Assembly (NCBI GenBank): GCA_035648535.1
Contig: DASRLI010000199.1
Coordinates: 1 to 58,690 of the forward strand
From: Terracidiphilus sp.
Lineage (GTDB): Bacteria; Acidobacteriota; Terriglobia; Terriglobales; Acidobacteriaceae
Length of the DNA stretch: 58,690 nt
Reading direction: 5' to 3'
Shown: in pieces, positions 48,702 to 58,690 of the stretch
Layout of the letters: every line of letters begins with the position of its first letter
How positions within the stretch are numbered: the stretch's first letter is position 1
The notes under the pieces: model-generated
Databases searched by the model: none
The model's input: the letters and a program-made list of their open reading frames with translations, nothing else
Told to the model about the DNA's origin: nothing
Position numbers and translations under genes: made by a program

Positions 48702-50276
48702 ATGGCAAGTCAAGTAGAGAGCCCGAAGGCAGCGACGATGGCGGAAAAGATCTCCGAACTTCGCGCAAAGCGTGCCGAACTGGAACTCGGTGGCGGCAAA
48801 GATCGCATCGACAAACAGCACAAATCCGGCAAGCTGTCTGCGCGGGAACGAGTGGCAAAGCTGGTGGATAAGGACAGCTTTGAGGAGATTGGGATGTTTG
48901 CCCGCCATCGTGCCACCTATTTTGGGATGGCCGACAAGGAACTGCCAGCGGACGGAGTTGTGACCGGATGCGCAACCGTAGACGGACGTCTGGTGCATCT
49001 CGCCAGCCAGGATTTCACCGTTGCGGGCGGAGCTGCCGGCGAGACCCATAGCAACAAGGTCGCCGACATGATGGGCATGTCTCTCAAGACTGGGAGCCCC
49101 TTCATCTTTATTAACGACTCGGGCGGTGCACGCGTTCAGGAGGGTATTGACAGCCTGGCCGGCTATGCCCGCGTCTTTTACAACAACGTAATGCTCTCGG
49201 GAACAGTGCCCCAGATCTCATTGATTTGCGGGCCATGTGCGGGAGGCGCAGCCTACAGCCCGGCGCTGACTGATTTTGTGATTCAGACCCAGCAGGGACG
49301 GATGTTCATTACCGGGCCGCAGGTCATTAAACAGGTAACCGGCGAAGTGGTGAGCGCCGAGGATCTTGGCGGTCCTCAAGCTCAGATGAACAACTCGGGG
49401 GTGGTGCATCTGATCGCCCGGAACGATGAGGAAGCGCTTCAGCTTTGCCGGCGGCTGCTCAGCTTCATGCCCTCCAACAACCTCGAAGATCCGCCCCGGA
49501 TGCCGTTCAATTCGAAAATAAAAATCGATTCCGACATGAACGGGCTGGTTCCGGCCGACCCCAAGATTGCTTATGACGTCCGGTCCGTTATTACTCGAGT
49601 TTTGGACAACCAGGATTTTCTCGAGATTCAGCCGGGATTCGCCGCCAACATCGTCATCGGCTTTGGACGACTGCAAGGTAGACCGGTTGGGATTGTGGCC
49701 AACCAGCCATGTGTTCTTGCGGGAGCCCTGGACATTGACGCCTCAGACAAGTCCGCGCGCTTTGTTCGTTTCTGCAATGCCTTTAGCATTCCACTTCTTA
49801 CCTTTGTTGATGTACCGGGATTTCTGCCGGGTGTGGAGCAGGAGCGCGGCGGAATTATTCGTCACGGCGCCAAGTTGCTGTTTGCCTATTCGGCTTCCAC
49901 GGTTCCCAAGATCACGGTGGTGTTGCGAAAGGCATATGGCGGAGCGTACATCGCCATGTGCTCCAAGGGTCTGGGCGCAGACCGGGTGATAGCATGGCCC
50001 ACGGCCGAAATAGCAGTGATGGGCGCCGAGGGGGCTGCTGAAATCGTGTTCCGGCGTGAAATCGATACGGCCGAAGATAAGGAAGGCCGCCGCAGGGAAC
50101 TGGTGGGCGCGTATCGAGATACGTTTGCCAACCCCTACGTTGCCGCCGGCCGGAGGCTTGTTGACGACATCATTGAACCCGCCGAAACAAGGAAGTACCT
50201 GGCCGAGGCACTTGAATCGTTGCACACCAAGCGGGAATTGCGCCCGCAGAAGAAGCATGGATTGATCCCGCTGTGA
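48702..50276 (+). CDS. Acyl-CoA carboxyltransferase (transcarboxylase 12S / methylmalonyl-CoA decarboxylase alpha / PccB family)
   Basis: GGG..RIDKQH..GKLSARER, PADGVVTG, SQDFTV.GG, DSGGARVQEG, GPCAGGA.YSPALTD, DVPGFLPG, RKAYGGAY, KKHGLIPL. Confidence 0.93.
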   Translation: MASQVESPKAATMAEKISELRAKRAELELGGGKDRIDKQHKSGKLSARERVAKLVDKDSFEEIGMFARHRATYFGMADKELPADGVVTGCATVDGRLVHLASQDFTVAGGAAGETHSNKVADMMGMSLKTGSPFIFINDSGGARVQEGIDSLAGYARVFYNNVMLSGTVPQISLICGPCAGGAAYSPALTDFVIQTQQGRMFITGPQVIKQVTGEVVSAEDLGGPQAQMNNSGVVHLIARNDEEALQLCRRLLSFMPSNNLEDPPRMPFNSKIKIDSDMNGLVPADPKIAYDVRSVITRVLDNQDFLEIQPGFAANIVIGFGRLQGRPVGIVANQPCVLAGALDIDASDKSARFVRFCNAFSIPLLTFVDVPGFLPGVEQERGGIIRHGAKLLFAYSASTVPKITVVLRKAYGGAYIAMCSKGLGADRVIAWPTAEIAVMGAEGAAEIVFRREIDTAEDKEGRRRELVGAYRDTFANPYVAAGRRLVDDIIEPAETRKYLAEALESLHTKRELRPQKKHGLIPL

Positions 50277-50289
50277 GTAGGAGTTGCGC

Positions 50290-50529
50290 GTGGCGTTGGA
50301 TATGAAAGCCGCGGCCGCCGCCGCGAGTGAAGCAGATGGACAGGAACAAAGAGAGATCCCGGCAGAAATTTTGGCAGTGATTGCGGCCGCTGCCACCGCA
50401 TTTCTTGGCACAAACTTCCGCATACTCTCAGCTCAGATGCAACAGTCGCCCCACGAGCGAGTCAGCAAGTGGACGCGACAGGGGCGGGCATTTGTTCAAG
50501 CTTCCCATAACGTGCGATCGAAGCGATAA
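50290..50529 (+). CDS. Small accessory subunit of biotin-dependent carboxyltransferase
   Basis: EILAVIAAAATAFL ... WTRQGR pattern typical of delta/epsilon-type linker subunits; lies between the carboxyltransferase and BCCP. Confidence 0.7.
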   Translation: MALDMKAAAAAASEADGQEQREIPAEILAVIAAAATAFLGTNFRILSAQMQQSPHERVSKWTRQGRAFVQASHNVRSKR

Positions 50530-50568
50530 GCCGATCCGTCTTATATGTCGCAGAAAGGAACCAGAGAT

Positions 50569-50955
50569 TTGAAGCTTCAAATAAAGATCGATGGAAGGAC
50601 TTACGAGGCTGAAGTCGAAGTTCTGGAAGAGGCCGAAAGCCAACCGAGTTATGAACCGTATTCGTTTGTACCAGCAACTCAGGAAATGCCGTCTGCCGGC
50701 GCATACACTCCGGGCCATGCGGTCGAAGTACATGCTCTAAATGAGAAGGAATACCGCAGTCCAGTTACAGGCTTGGTGATCAAGGTGAACGTAGAGCCGG
50801 GACAGGAGATTCAACCCAGCGACGTGATCGTGGTGCTTGAAGCCATGAAGATGGAAACGACCGTGACTGCGCACCATGCTGGAAGAGTGAAGAGCGTGAA
50901 CGTTGCTCCCGGCAACCCGGTAAAACTGCACCAGGTCCTGGTCGAGTTGGAGTAA
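50569..50955 (+). CDS. Biotin carboxyl carrier protein (1.3S-like)
   Basis: KLQIKIDGRTYEAEVE N-terminus; EAMKME biotinylation motif; start TTG 50569 or ATG 50545. Confidence 0.92.
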   Translation: MKLQIKIDGRTYEAEVEVLEEAESQPSYEPYSFVPATQEMPSAGAYTPGHAVEVHALNEKEYRSPVTGLVIKVNVEPGQEIQPSDVIVVLEAMKMETTVTAHHAGRVKSVNVAPGNPVKLHQVLVELE

Positions 50956-51010
50956 TTGCTGGGGATTGAGCGATGGCAGAGCTTGGCATTCTGGATTGAA
51001 AGGGAAGCAA

Positions 51011-51487
51011 GTGAGCAGCATTCATGAAGATTTGAAGGCAGTGCCAGGTATCAAGTTCGTAGATCACGTGGCGATCGCCGTAAAACAGGGCGAGTTGAAC
51101 GGCCAGGTGAAAGCCTACGAGATGCTTGGCTTCAGCGAGATTCATCGTGAAGAAGTATTGGGCAGTGATCAGGTGCGTGAAGCGTTGCTGCAGATCGGAG
51201 ACGGGCCTAACCTGATCCAATTGCTCGAGCCTTTGACTCCTGATTCTCCCGTGCAAAAGACGATCGAGAGAAACGGCGGACGCGGTGGGTTGGCCCATGT
51301 TGCGTTCCGCGTAGAGAGTGCACAGCAGGCATTCGAGGCTATGCAGGCAGACGGTTTTCAAATTATCGACAAGGCACCACGTAAAGGCTCAAGAGGAACT
51401 ACGGTCTTCTTCGTTCATCCCAAATCGAGAGCCGAAAATCCATTTGGGTTTCTCATTGAAATTGTCGAAGCCCCTGAAAGCAAGTGA
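51011..51487 (+). CDS. mce: Methylmalonyl-CoA epimerase (VOC fold)
   Basis: DHVAIAV, QLLEP, GLAHVAFRV, FVHPK, LIEIVE; operon context. Confidence 0.88.
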   Translation: MSSIHEDLKAVPGIKFVDHVAIAVKQGELNGQVKAYEMLGFSEIHREEVLGSDQVREALLQIGDGPNLIQLLEPLTPDSPVQKTIERNGGRGGLAHVAFRVESAQQAFEAMQADGFQIIDKAPRKGSRGTTVFFVHPKSRAENPFGFLIEIVEAPESK

Positions 51488-51493
51488 AGGAAG

Positions 51494-53242
51494 ATGGCCA
51501 CTGACAATCTGCTCCAGGAGTTTCCTCCGGTAAGTACGCAGTCGTGGGAAGACGCTATTGCCAAGGATTTGAAGGGCGCCGACTACGCCAGGAAACTGAT
51601 TTGGCACACGGAGGAAGGGCTCGCCGTGAAGCCCTACTACCGGGCAGGCGATATTACCGGGCTTGAATTCCTTGATGCAGCGCCCGGCCATTTTCCTTAT
51701 CTTCGCAGTGCGCGTTTCACCGGCGACTGGCAGATTCGCGAAGAGATCGACGCGGTCGATCCGGAGCAGGCAAATCACGCGGCTCAGAGGGCTGTGGCCG
51801 CAGGCGCCGAGGAGATCGCATTCCGCAATGCTGTAGTCAGGAACACTTCTGACCTGGGAATGCTCCTTGTCAATCTCCAGACGATTCCTGTGCATTTTCA
51901 AAATGCTGGCGAGCATCTCCTTAGGCCTTTGATCAAACGTCTGACAGAACGGCCGGATTCGGCACCAGTATCGACCGGTTGGAATCCGCTCACGAATCTG
52001 GACTTTGCGGCAGAAGTTCTTCGGACTACACCTCCCGCTCTTGTGCCCTTCACGATTGACGGATCGGCGTTTGGAGAGTCCGGGGCGACCGCAGTTGAAG
52101 AAGTTGGATTCACCCTTGCTGCCGCAGTCGACTTTTTGGCAGAGATGCAATCGCGCAACGTTGAGATTGACCGCGCTGCAGCCTCGATTGAGTTTTCCTT
52201 TGCAATTGGCGCAAACTACTTCTTCGAGATCGCCAAGTTTCGGGCCTTCCGCATGTTGTGGGCGAGAGCCGTCGAGAGCTTTGGCGGGACCGTCGAAGGC
52301 GCGCGGGCTCGCATTCATGCGCGCACCTCTCGCTGGAACAAGACCCTCTACGATTCTCACATCAACATTCTGCGTGCGACCACCGAAGCCATGTCCGCTA
52401 TTCTCGGGGGTGCGGACTCAGTTACAGTTGCGGCCTTCGACGAGTGTTACAAAACGCCGGACGAGGCGAGCCACCGGCTTGCCCGCAACACCCAAATCAT
52501 TCTCAAGCGAGAGGCGCTGCTGGCGCACGTCGCGGACCCCGGCGCCGGATCGTATTGCCTGGAGGTCATTACCGATTTCATTGCCCACGAGGGTTGGCAA
52601 TCGATGCAGATGGTAGAGGCAGACGGCGGCTTCGGGAAGGCCGATGTGGATGGGCTAATCGGCAACGCTCTGCGCCGCTCGCTGGCCGCGAAAGAAGAGG
52701 AAGTTGTATCTCGCCGTCGCGTCTTTACCGGGACCAACCAATACGCTGATACCTCCGAAAAAGCATTGCAGCGCGTTGATCCGTTACGCCTGTCAGCCGA
52801 GCGGCGCGGCGCGCAGGTTTACGAACAGCTTCGTCTGCGCACAGAGCGCCATGCAGCAGAGACCGGCTCGCTGCCGCGCGTTCTGCTCGCTGAAATCGGA
52901 GACGTCAAGATGCGGACCGCGCGCTCTGGCTTCGCTGCCAATTTCTTCGCGTGTGCGGGCTTCGATATCGTCACACAGCGATTTCAGAGTCCCGCCGAAA
53001 TCGCAGCCAGCGATGCAGACCTCATTGTGCTTTGCAGTTCCGATCCTGAATATCTTGAGCTGGTCTCGGAACTTGCGCTCCGGTTGAAAGAACTCGGACG
53101 GAGGACTCCGGTTATTGTTGCGGGCAATCCGGAATTCACTGAGCAGTTGCAAGCGGCTGGAGCCGCCGATTTCATACATATCCGCAGCAATCCTATCGAG
53201 GTTCTTACGAACTGGCAGCACCAGTTGGGGATCAAGGCCTAA
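51494..53242 (+). CDS. mutA: Methylmalonyl-CoA mutase small (non-catalytic) subunit
   Basis: [47 protein letters not shown]; no DxHxxG. Confidence 0.88.
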   Translation: MATDNLLQEFPPVSTQSWEDAIAKDLKGADYARKLIWHTEEGLAVKPYYRAGDITGLEFLDAAPGHFPYLRSARFTGDWQIREEIDAVDPEQANHAAQRAVAAGAEEIAFRNAVVRNTSDLGMLLVNLQTIPVHFQNAGEHLLRPLIKRLTERPDSAPVSTGWNPLTNLDFAAEVLRTTPPALVPFTIDGSAFGESGATAVEEVGFTLAAAVDFLAEMQSRNVEIDRAAASIEFSFAIGANYFFEIAKFRAFRMLWARAVESFGGTVEGARARIHARTSRWNKTLYDSHINILRATTEAMSAILGGADSVTVAAFDECYKTPDEASHRLARNTQIILKREALLAHVADPGAGSYCLEVITDFIAHEGWQSMQMVEADGGFGKADVDGLIGNALRRSLAAKEEEVVSRRRVFTGTNQYADTSEKALQRVDPLRLSAERRGAQVYEQLRLRTERHAAETGSLPRVLLAEIGDVKMRTARSGFAANFFACAGFDIVTQRFQSPAEIAASDADLIVLCSSDPEYLELVSELALRLKELGRRTPVIVAGNPEFTEQLQAAGAADFIHIRSNPIEVLTNWQHQLGIKA

Positions 53243-53244
53243 AG

Positions 53245-55365
53245 ATGCGCCCAGACTTTTCAAAGATCGAATACAAGGCCGCGGTGGAACCAGCGGACGC
53301 GAGAGAGCGCGATGAGTGGCTCTCCCCGGAGCACATTCCTGTAAAGAGTTTCTATACTGCTGAGGACCTCAACGGACTCGAGCATCTTGATTATGCCGCC
53401 GGAATTCCGCCCTATCTGCGCGGCCCTTACAGCACGATGTATGTCATGCACCCCTGGACTATTCGGCAGTATGCCGGATTCTCCACCGCGGAAGAGTCCA
53501 ACGCGTTTTACCGTCGCAATCTGGCCGCCGGGCAGAGGGGACTTTCGGTCGCGTTCGATCTTGCCACGCACCGGGGATACGATTCCGACCACGAACGAGT
53601 CACCGGAGACGTAGGCAAAGCTGGCGTGGCAATCGATTCGATCCTCGACATGAAGATTCTGTTTGACCATATTCCCCTGGATCAGATGTCGGTGTCGATG
53701 ACCATGAACGGCGCTGTGCTTCCGATTATGGCGTTCTATATTGTTGCGGCCGAGGAGCAAGGAGTTGCCCCGGAGAAGTTAAGCGGGACCATTCAGAACG
53801 ACATTCTCAAAGAGTTCATGGTCCGCAATACGTATATCTACCCGCCCGATGGTTCCATGCGGATCGTCGGAGATATTTTCCGTTACTGTGCGGCGCATAT
53901 GCCGAAGTTCAACTGCATCAGCGTGAGCGGATATCACATGCAGGAAGCCGGGGCCACGGCGGATATCGAGCTGGCTTACACACTCGCTGACGGCATGGAG
54001 TACCTGCGTACCGGAGTTAAGGCGGGGCTCGATGTGGACCGCTTTGCGCCGCGCATTTCATTCTTCTGGGGCATTGGCATGAACCACTTCATGGAGATTG
54101 CCAAGATGCGAGCCGCGCGCATGCTTTGGGCAAAGCTGGTAAAGACCTTCAATCCCAAAAACCCCAAGTCTCTGGCGTTGCGCACGCATTCACAGACCTC
54201 GGGGTGGAGCCTCACGGCGCAGGACCCGTTTAACAATGTTGTGCGGACCTGCATCGAGGCGTTGGCCGCGGCATTCGGACACACGCAGTCTCTGCACACG
54301 AATGCGCTGGATGAGGCGTTGGCACTGCCAACCGATTTCTCGGCGCGAATTGCGCGCAACACGCAAATTTATTTGCAGCAAGAGACCGACATCACACGGA
54401 TTGTCGATCCTTGGGCCGGCTCCTATTATGTTGAACGGCTGACTCACGAACTGATGCATGCTGCCTGGGAGCTGATTGAGGAAGTAGAAGGACTCGGCGG
54501 CATGGCGAAGGCAATTGAAACCGGCGTTCCCAAGATGCGCATTGAAGAGGCGGCGGCACGCAGGCAAGCCCGCATCGACTCCGGAACCGATGTGATTGTG
54601 GGCCTGAATGCGTATCCATCGCCTGAGGAGACGCTGGTCCCAGTTCTCGACATCGACAACGATGCGGTGCGGGAATCGCAACTGAGCCGTCTTGCCCAAT
54701 TGAAGCGCGAACGCGACGCAGATCCTGTGCGCCAATCGCTCGAACATCTCGAGCAGTGTGCCGCTACCGGCGTGGGCAACTTGCTGGAATGCGCGGTGGA
54801 TGCCGCCCGCAAGCGCGCTACTCTGGGCGAGATCTCTACCGCGCTGGAAACAGTCTGGGGCCGCTACCAGGCCACCACTCGCACCATCGCCGGAGTCTAC
54901 TCGGCTGAGGGTGGCAGAGGCGTAGAGTTCAAGAAAGCGGAGCAGATGGCTGCGGAGTTTGAGAAGGCGGAAGGCCGGCGTCCGCGCATACTGGTGGCCA
55001 AGATGGGGCAGGACGGCCATGACCGCGGCGCGAAAGTCATCGCAACTGCTTTCGCGGATATCGGCTTCGACGTGGATATCGGCGCGCTGTTTCAAACTCC
55101 GCTTGAGGTGGCGCGGCATGCTGTCGAGAACGATGTACATGTCGTCGGCGTGTCTTCGCTGGCCGCAGGACACAAGACGCTGGTGCCGCAGCTGATCGAC
55201 GAGTTGCGCAAGCTCGATCGGGACGACATCCTTGTAGTCGTAGGCGGCGTGATTCCGCCGCAGGATTACGAGTTTCTTTACAAGGCCGGAGTAGCCGGCA
55301 TTTACGGACCTGGCACTGTGATTCCCGTGGCGGCGCAGCGAATTATCGAGATACTGAACGGCTGA
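53245..55365 (+). CDS. scpA: Methylmalonyl-CoA mutase large subunit (B12-dependent)
   Basis: [45 protein letters not shown] (B12-binding DxHxxG), SSLAAGH. Confidence 0.96.
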   Translation: MRPDFSKIEYKAAVEPADARERDEWLSPEHIPVKSFYTAEDLNGLEHLDYAAGIPPYLRGPYSTMYVMHPWTIRQYAGFSTAEESNAFYRRNLAAGQRGLSVAFDLATHRGYDSDHERVTGDVGKAGVAIDSILDMKILFDHIPLDQMSVSMTMNGAVLPIMAFYIVAAEEQGVAPEKLSGTIQNDILKEFMVRNTYIYPPDGSMRIVGDIFRYCAAHMPKFNCISVSGYHMQEAGATADIELAYTLADGMEYLRTGVKAGLDVDRFAPRISFFWGIGMNHFMEIAKMRAARMLWAKLVKTFNPKNPKSLALRTHSQTSGWSLTAQDPFNNVVRTCIEALAAAFGHTQSLHTNALDEALALPTDFSARIARNTQIYLQQETDITRIVDPWAGSYYVERLTHELMHAAWELIEEVEGLGGMAKAIETGVPKMRIEEAAARRQARIDSGTDVIVGLNAYPSPEETLVPVLDIDNDAVRESQLSRLAQLKRERDADPVRQSLEHLEQCAATGVGNLLECAVDAARKRATLGEISTALETVWGRYQATTRTIAGVYSAEGGRGVEFKKAEQMAAEFEKAEGRRPRILVAKMGQDGHDRGAKVIATAFADIGFDVDIGALFQTPLEVARHAVENDVHVVGVSSLAAGHKTLVPQLIDELRKLDRDDILVVVGGVIPPQDYEFLYKAGVAGIYGPGTVIPVAAQRIIEILNG

Positions 55366-55386
55366 CGGGTCGAAGGAGCTTCCTGA

Positions 55387-56481
55387 TTGGTGGATCCGAA
55401 GCAGAGTGCGATGCGTGTTCTCCCCGGCTGCCTCGTACCGGAGCCGCCGCGAGAGTTGAGCCCGCGAGCTTCGGGCCGCCATCGTTCCCTCTTGCCGCAA
55501 CAGTACGTTGATGGGATTCTGCGGGGTGACCGCACCATTCTGGCGCAGGCCATTACGCTGATCGAGAGCTCTCGTGGAGCAGACCGGGAGTTGGCCGAGC
55601 GAATTGTCGAAGACTGTCTTCCGCATAGCGGCAATTCAATTCGCGTAGGCATTACCGGCGTTCCCGGCGCAGGCAAGAGCTCTGTGATTGAAGTGCTCGG
55701 CACATACTTGATACGCGAACACGGACAAAAGGTCGCCGTCCTCGCGATTGATCCGAGCAGCCAGATTTCCGGTGGCAGCATTCTGGGCGACAAGACGCGT
55801 ATGAAGTCACTCGCAGCCAGCGACATGGCGTTCATCCGGCCCTCCCCATCGCGCGGAACGCTAGGTGGCGTAGCGCAGCGCACACGCGAGGCTATGCTGC
55901 TGTGCGAGGCAGCGGGATTCCAAAACATCCTGGTCGAGACGGTTGGGGTGGGACAATCGGAGACCGCTGTTCATGACATGGTCGACTTCTTCCTGCTGAT
56001 CATGCTGGCGGGGGCCGGCGACGAGTTGCAGGGAATGAAGCGGGGCGTTATGGAGCTGGCCGATATTGTGGCAATCAACAAAGCCGATGGAGCAAATCTG
56101 GGCGCTGCAGAAAAGGCCCGGGCCGAGGCTCAAAATGCTTTGCATTACTTTCCTGGTGCTCAGTCCGGATGGACGCCGCGTGCGCTCACATGCTCGGCAC
56201 AAACCGGCAAGGGCATTGCCGAGCTCTGGGGCTGCGTTCTGGAGTTCGCCGCGGTGACAAGAACCAATGGTGGGTTCAGTCTTACCCGGCAAGGACAGAC
56301 ACAGAAGTGGATGCACGAGATCATCCAACAGGGATTGAAGCATCGATTTGAGTCTCATCCCGTTATCAGGAAACGCATAGAGACGCTTGAGCAGGAAGTA
56401 CTGAAAGGGCGGATTTCGTCTTTCCGTGCGGCGCGAGAACTGCTGGAGACATATTCCGACTTAAAGCCGATTGATCACTGA
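55387..56481 (+). CDS. meaB: Methylmalonyl-CoA mutase-associated GTPase
   Basis: GITGVPGAGKS, AIDPSS..SGGSILGDKTRM, ETVGVGQSE, GDELQGMK.G, INKAD; start uncertain. Confidence 0.94.
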   Translation: MVDPKQSAMRVLPGCLVPEPPRELSPRASGRHRSLLPQQYVDGILRGDRTILAQAITLIESSRGADRELAERIVEDCLPHSGNSIRVGITGVPGAGKSSVIEVLGTYLIREHGQKVAVLAIDPSSQISGGSILGDKTRMKSLAASDMAFIRPSPSRGTLGGVAQRTREAMLLCEAAGFQNILVETVGVGQSETAVHDMVDFFLLIMLAGAGDELQGMKRGVMELADIVAINKADGANLGAAEKARAEAQNALHYFPGAQSGWTPRALTCSAQTGKGIAELWGCVLEFAAVTRTNGGFSLTRQGQTQKWMHEIIQQGLKHRFESHPVIRKRIETLEQEVLKGRISSFRAARELLETYSDLKPIDH

Positions 56482-56568
56482 CTCCGCGAGTGCGCGTGTA
56501 GCGGGGCTAACTCACTAACTTACTAGCTCGCTGATTGATTCAGCTATAGCTCTCAGAGGTATTCATTC

Positions 56569-57797
56569 ATGTCTTCATTGCCTGTGTTGGTATTGAACAG
56601 TGGTTCGTCGTCCATCAAGTTTTCGATCTATGAGGCCGGCAACGGTGAGCGCCGCAAGCTGTATGAAGGTGCGGTCGACGGTATCGGTACCGAACAAGGC
56701 AAGTTCTGGATCAAGGACGCCGGAGGTATCAAGATTGCCGATCAATCTCCGGCATTACCCACCCGCTCCGTCGCGTTCAAGATGATTGCCGATTTGCTGC
56801 ACTCAGGCGACTTCCCTGCCCCGGCTGCTATCGGCCATCGCATGGTTTGTGCCGCACCCACGTTGGAGGAGAACCAGCTCGTTACGCCCGAGATGATTGC
56901 CGAGATGGAGCGGTACAAGGATTTGGCGCCACTGCACACGCCCATCGGCGCTTACATCATGCGCCAGGCACTGGACCTGTTCCCCGACGTTCCGAACTTT
57001 GCATGCTCGGACTCTTACTTCCATCGCACGATGCCGGAAGTCGTAACCCACATGCCGATTCCGGCGGAGTATTCAGCCTTGGGCGTGCGGCGAATTGGCT
57101 TCCATGGGATTTCGTACGAATCGATCATTAACCAGTTGCAACCCAACGTGCCGGAGAAACTTATAGTCGCTCACCTGGGCAACGGGGCTTCCATCTCCGC
57201 CATAAGCAATGGCCAGTGCCTTGACACTTCGATGGGCTTGACGCCTACCGGAGGCATCGTCAGCGGCACGCGCACTGGAGACATCGATCCTGGCGTCCTG
57301 CTTTTCATCCTGCGGAAGATTGCTGAAAGAAGCAAGAGTGCGACCGAAGCGGCAGACCAGCTGGAGGCTATTACCAGCAAGAAGGCGGGCTGCAGGGGAT
57401 GAGCGAACTCTCCAACGATATGCGCGTACTGGGCACCGCCATCAAAGCCGGCAACATCAAGGCGAAGCTGGCCGTGGACAAGTTCAACTTGACCATCGTG
57501 AAGTGGATTGGCAGCTTTTTTGCAGAGCTCGGCGGGCTCGACATGCTGGTCTTTACCGGCGGGATCGGCGAGAACGACATTGCGTCGCGCGCGGCGATTT
57601 GCGCCAGACTGGGCGCCCTGGGCATTGTGCTCGACCCAGTGCGGAACAATGTGCGCGGAGAAGCGGTCATCTCGGCCGAAGATTCGCCGGTAAAAGTGCG
57701 CGTGATTCCTCCGGCGGAAGACCTGATAATCGTCAACCATGTGGTCCGTCTGCTGGGGGCGCAGGTAGAGCAGCCTGCCGAAGTATTGGTCGGCTAG
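56569..57797 (+). pseudogene. ackA: Acetate/propionate kinase split by a 1-nt frameshift near 57390
   Basis: LNSGSSSIKF, APLH, GFHGISY, HLGNGAS, DTSMGLTP in one frame; SNDMR, FTGGIGEN in another; adding one C restores KKAGLQGMSELSNDMR. Confidence 0.85.
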
Positions 57798-57808
57798 GTC
57801 TTTGACCG

Positions 57809-58690
57809 TATAATGATGTACCTTTTCAGTCACTTCTTGAACGAGTGGAATGGCCGCATAGTGGAGACATGCAAAGCTATCATCGGGTGCATGTCCAGTT
57901 GGGAAGGAAGGATCGGCGGCAGCTTGCTGGGATGCTGACCAAGGGGCGGGAATCGGCGCGTGTTTTGCGGCGTGCTTCGATTCTGCGCCAGCTCGACATT
58001 GGTCAGAAGGCGGCGCAGGTGGCGGCCAATGTGGGTGTGGCGGCGAAAACGGTGAGAGCCGTTGCCCGGCGTTATGAGGAGCAAGGGCTGGAATCGGCAC
58101 TGTACGAAAAGCCCAGGCCAGGGAAACAGCGAACGCTGGACGTAGGCCAGAGCCAGCGAATCATCGCCATGGTGTGCGGTTCGCCGCCCGAGGGCATTGC
58201 GCGGTGGAGTGTGCGGTTGGTCGCTACCGAGGCGGTCAAGCGGAAACTGGCGCCGCAGGTGGGCCGGGAGACGATCCGCATCCTGCTCGAGAGCCACGAA
58301 CTGAAGCCGTAGCGGGAAAAAAATGTGGTGCATCGCCGCACTGAATGAAGAGTACATCGCGCGTATGGAGGATGTGCTCAAGATATACGAAAAGCCGCTG
58401 TCGGAAAGGGAGCCCGTGGTCTGCGTGGATGAGAAGCCTGTGGTGCTGCACGCCGATGTCCGCCCGTCGCGGCCGATGCGGTCGGGACGGATTGCCCGGC
58501 GCGATTCGGAGTACGAACGTCGCGGCACGGCCAACGTCTTCTGCGGCGTCCAGCCCAAGGCCGGGCGGCACTTTACCAAACCAACTCCGAACCGCTCCTC
58601 GCCGGAGTTCGCCGACTACCTGATGGAGATCGCGGCCAGCTATCCGGAGGCCGACACCATCCATCTGGTGATGGACAATCTGAGTTCACA
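57809..58690 (+). mobile_element. IS630-family insertion sequence (runs off the window end; transposase damaged)
   Basis: HTH ORF 57869..58312 (PRPG...PPEG.ARWSVR); DDE ORF from 58323 (MWCI..YIARMEDVL..VCVDEKP..EYERRGT..VMDNL); A7 junction; TA at 57809 as the likely left boundary. Confidence 0.9.

Noticed and set aside
54190-55626. Long antisense ORFs (also 51389..52360, 57830..58579, 1140..1970, 30490..31311 and similar)
   Set aside because: Shadows of high-GC genes on the opposite strand; no motifs or RBS
1-58690. CRISPR array, rRNA, integrase, phage structural or defence genes
   Set aside because: No regularly spaced repeats or recognisable motifs for these were seen

Overview
Bacterial DNA, most likely from Acidobacteriota (inferred from tandem acidobacterial VWA proteins, a carboxypeptidase-like-domain TonB-dependent receptor and the divergent membrane-anchored regulator type). 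Left (1-8.5 kb): two VWA paralogs and an amino-sugar module (SIS-only GlmS-like protein, DeoR regulator, Tat-exported GH31). At 8699-8741 a tRNA-Leu(TAG) breaks off after its anticodon stem and is followed by att-arm-like sequence. This marks the probable left end of an integrative island; no integrase or right end is visible. The accessory region holds a hairpin-dense ~380 nt non-coding element and a tightly coupled, expanded Cus-type copper/silver efflux operon (Cys/His leader, two micro-ORFs, repeat protein, TolC, CusB, NosL-like protein, CusA, lytic transglycosylase, interrupted DUF2318-like gene, small periplasmic protein) divergent from copA. It also holds a five-gene cluster (ABC exporter, signal-peptide-bearing atypical kinase, PLD, exported helical protein, exported phosphoesterase), mgtA, several deletion remnants, usp-ppk2 and amt-glnK with a two-component system. 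Right: a TBDR-sulfatase unit with a leader terminator, a methylmalonyl-CoA operon (transcarboxylase-like 12S/1.3S, epimerase, mutase, MeaB, frameshifted acetate kinase) and a damaged IS630. All family calls come from motif recognition by eye; no database searches were run.
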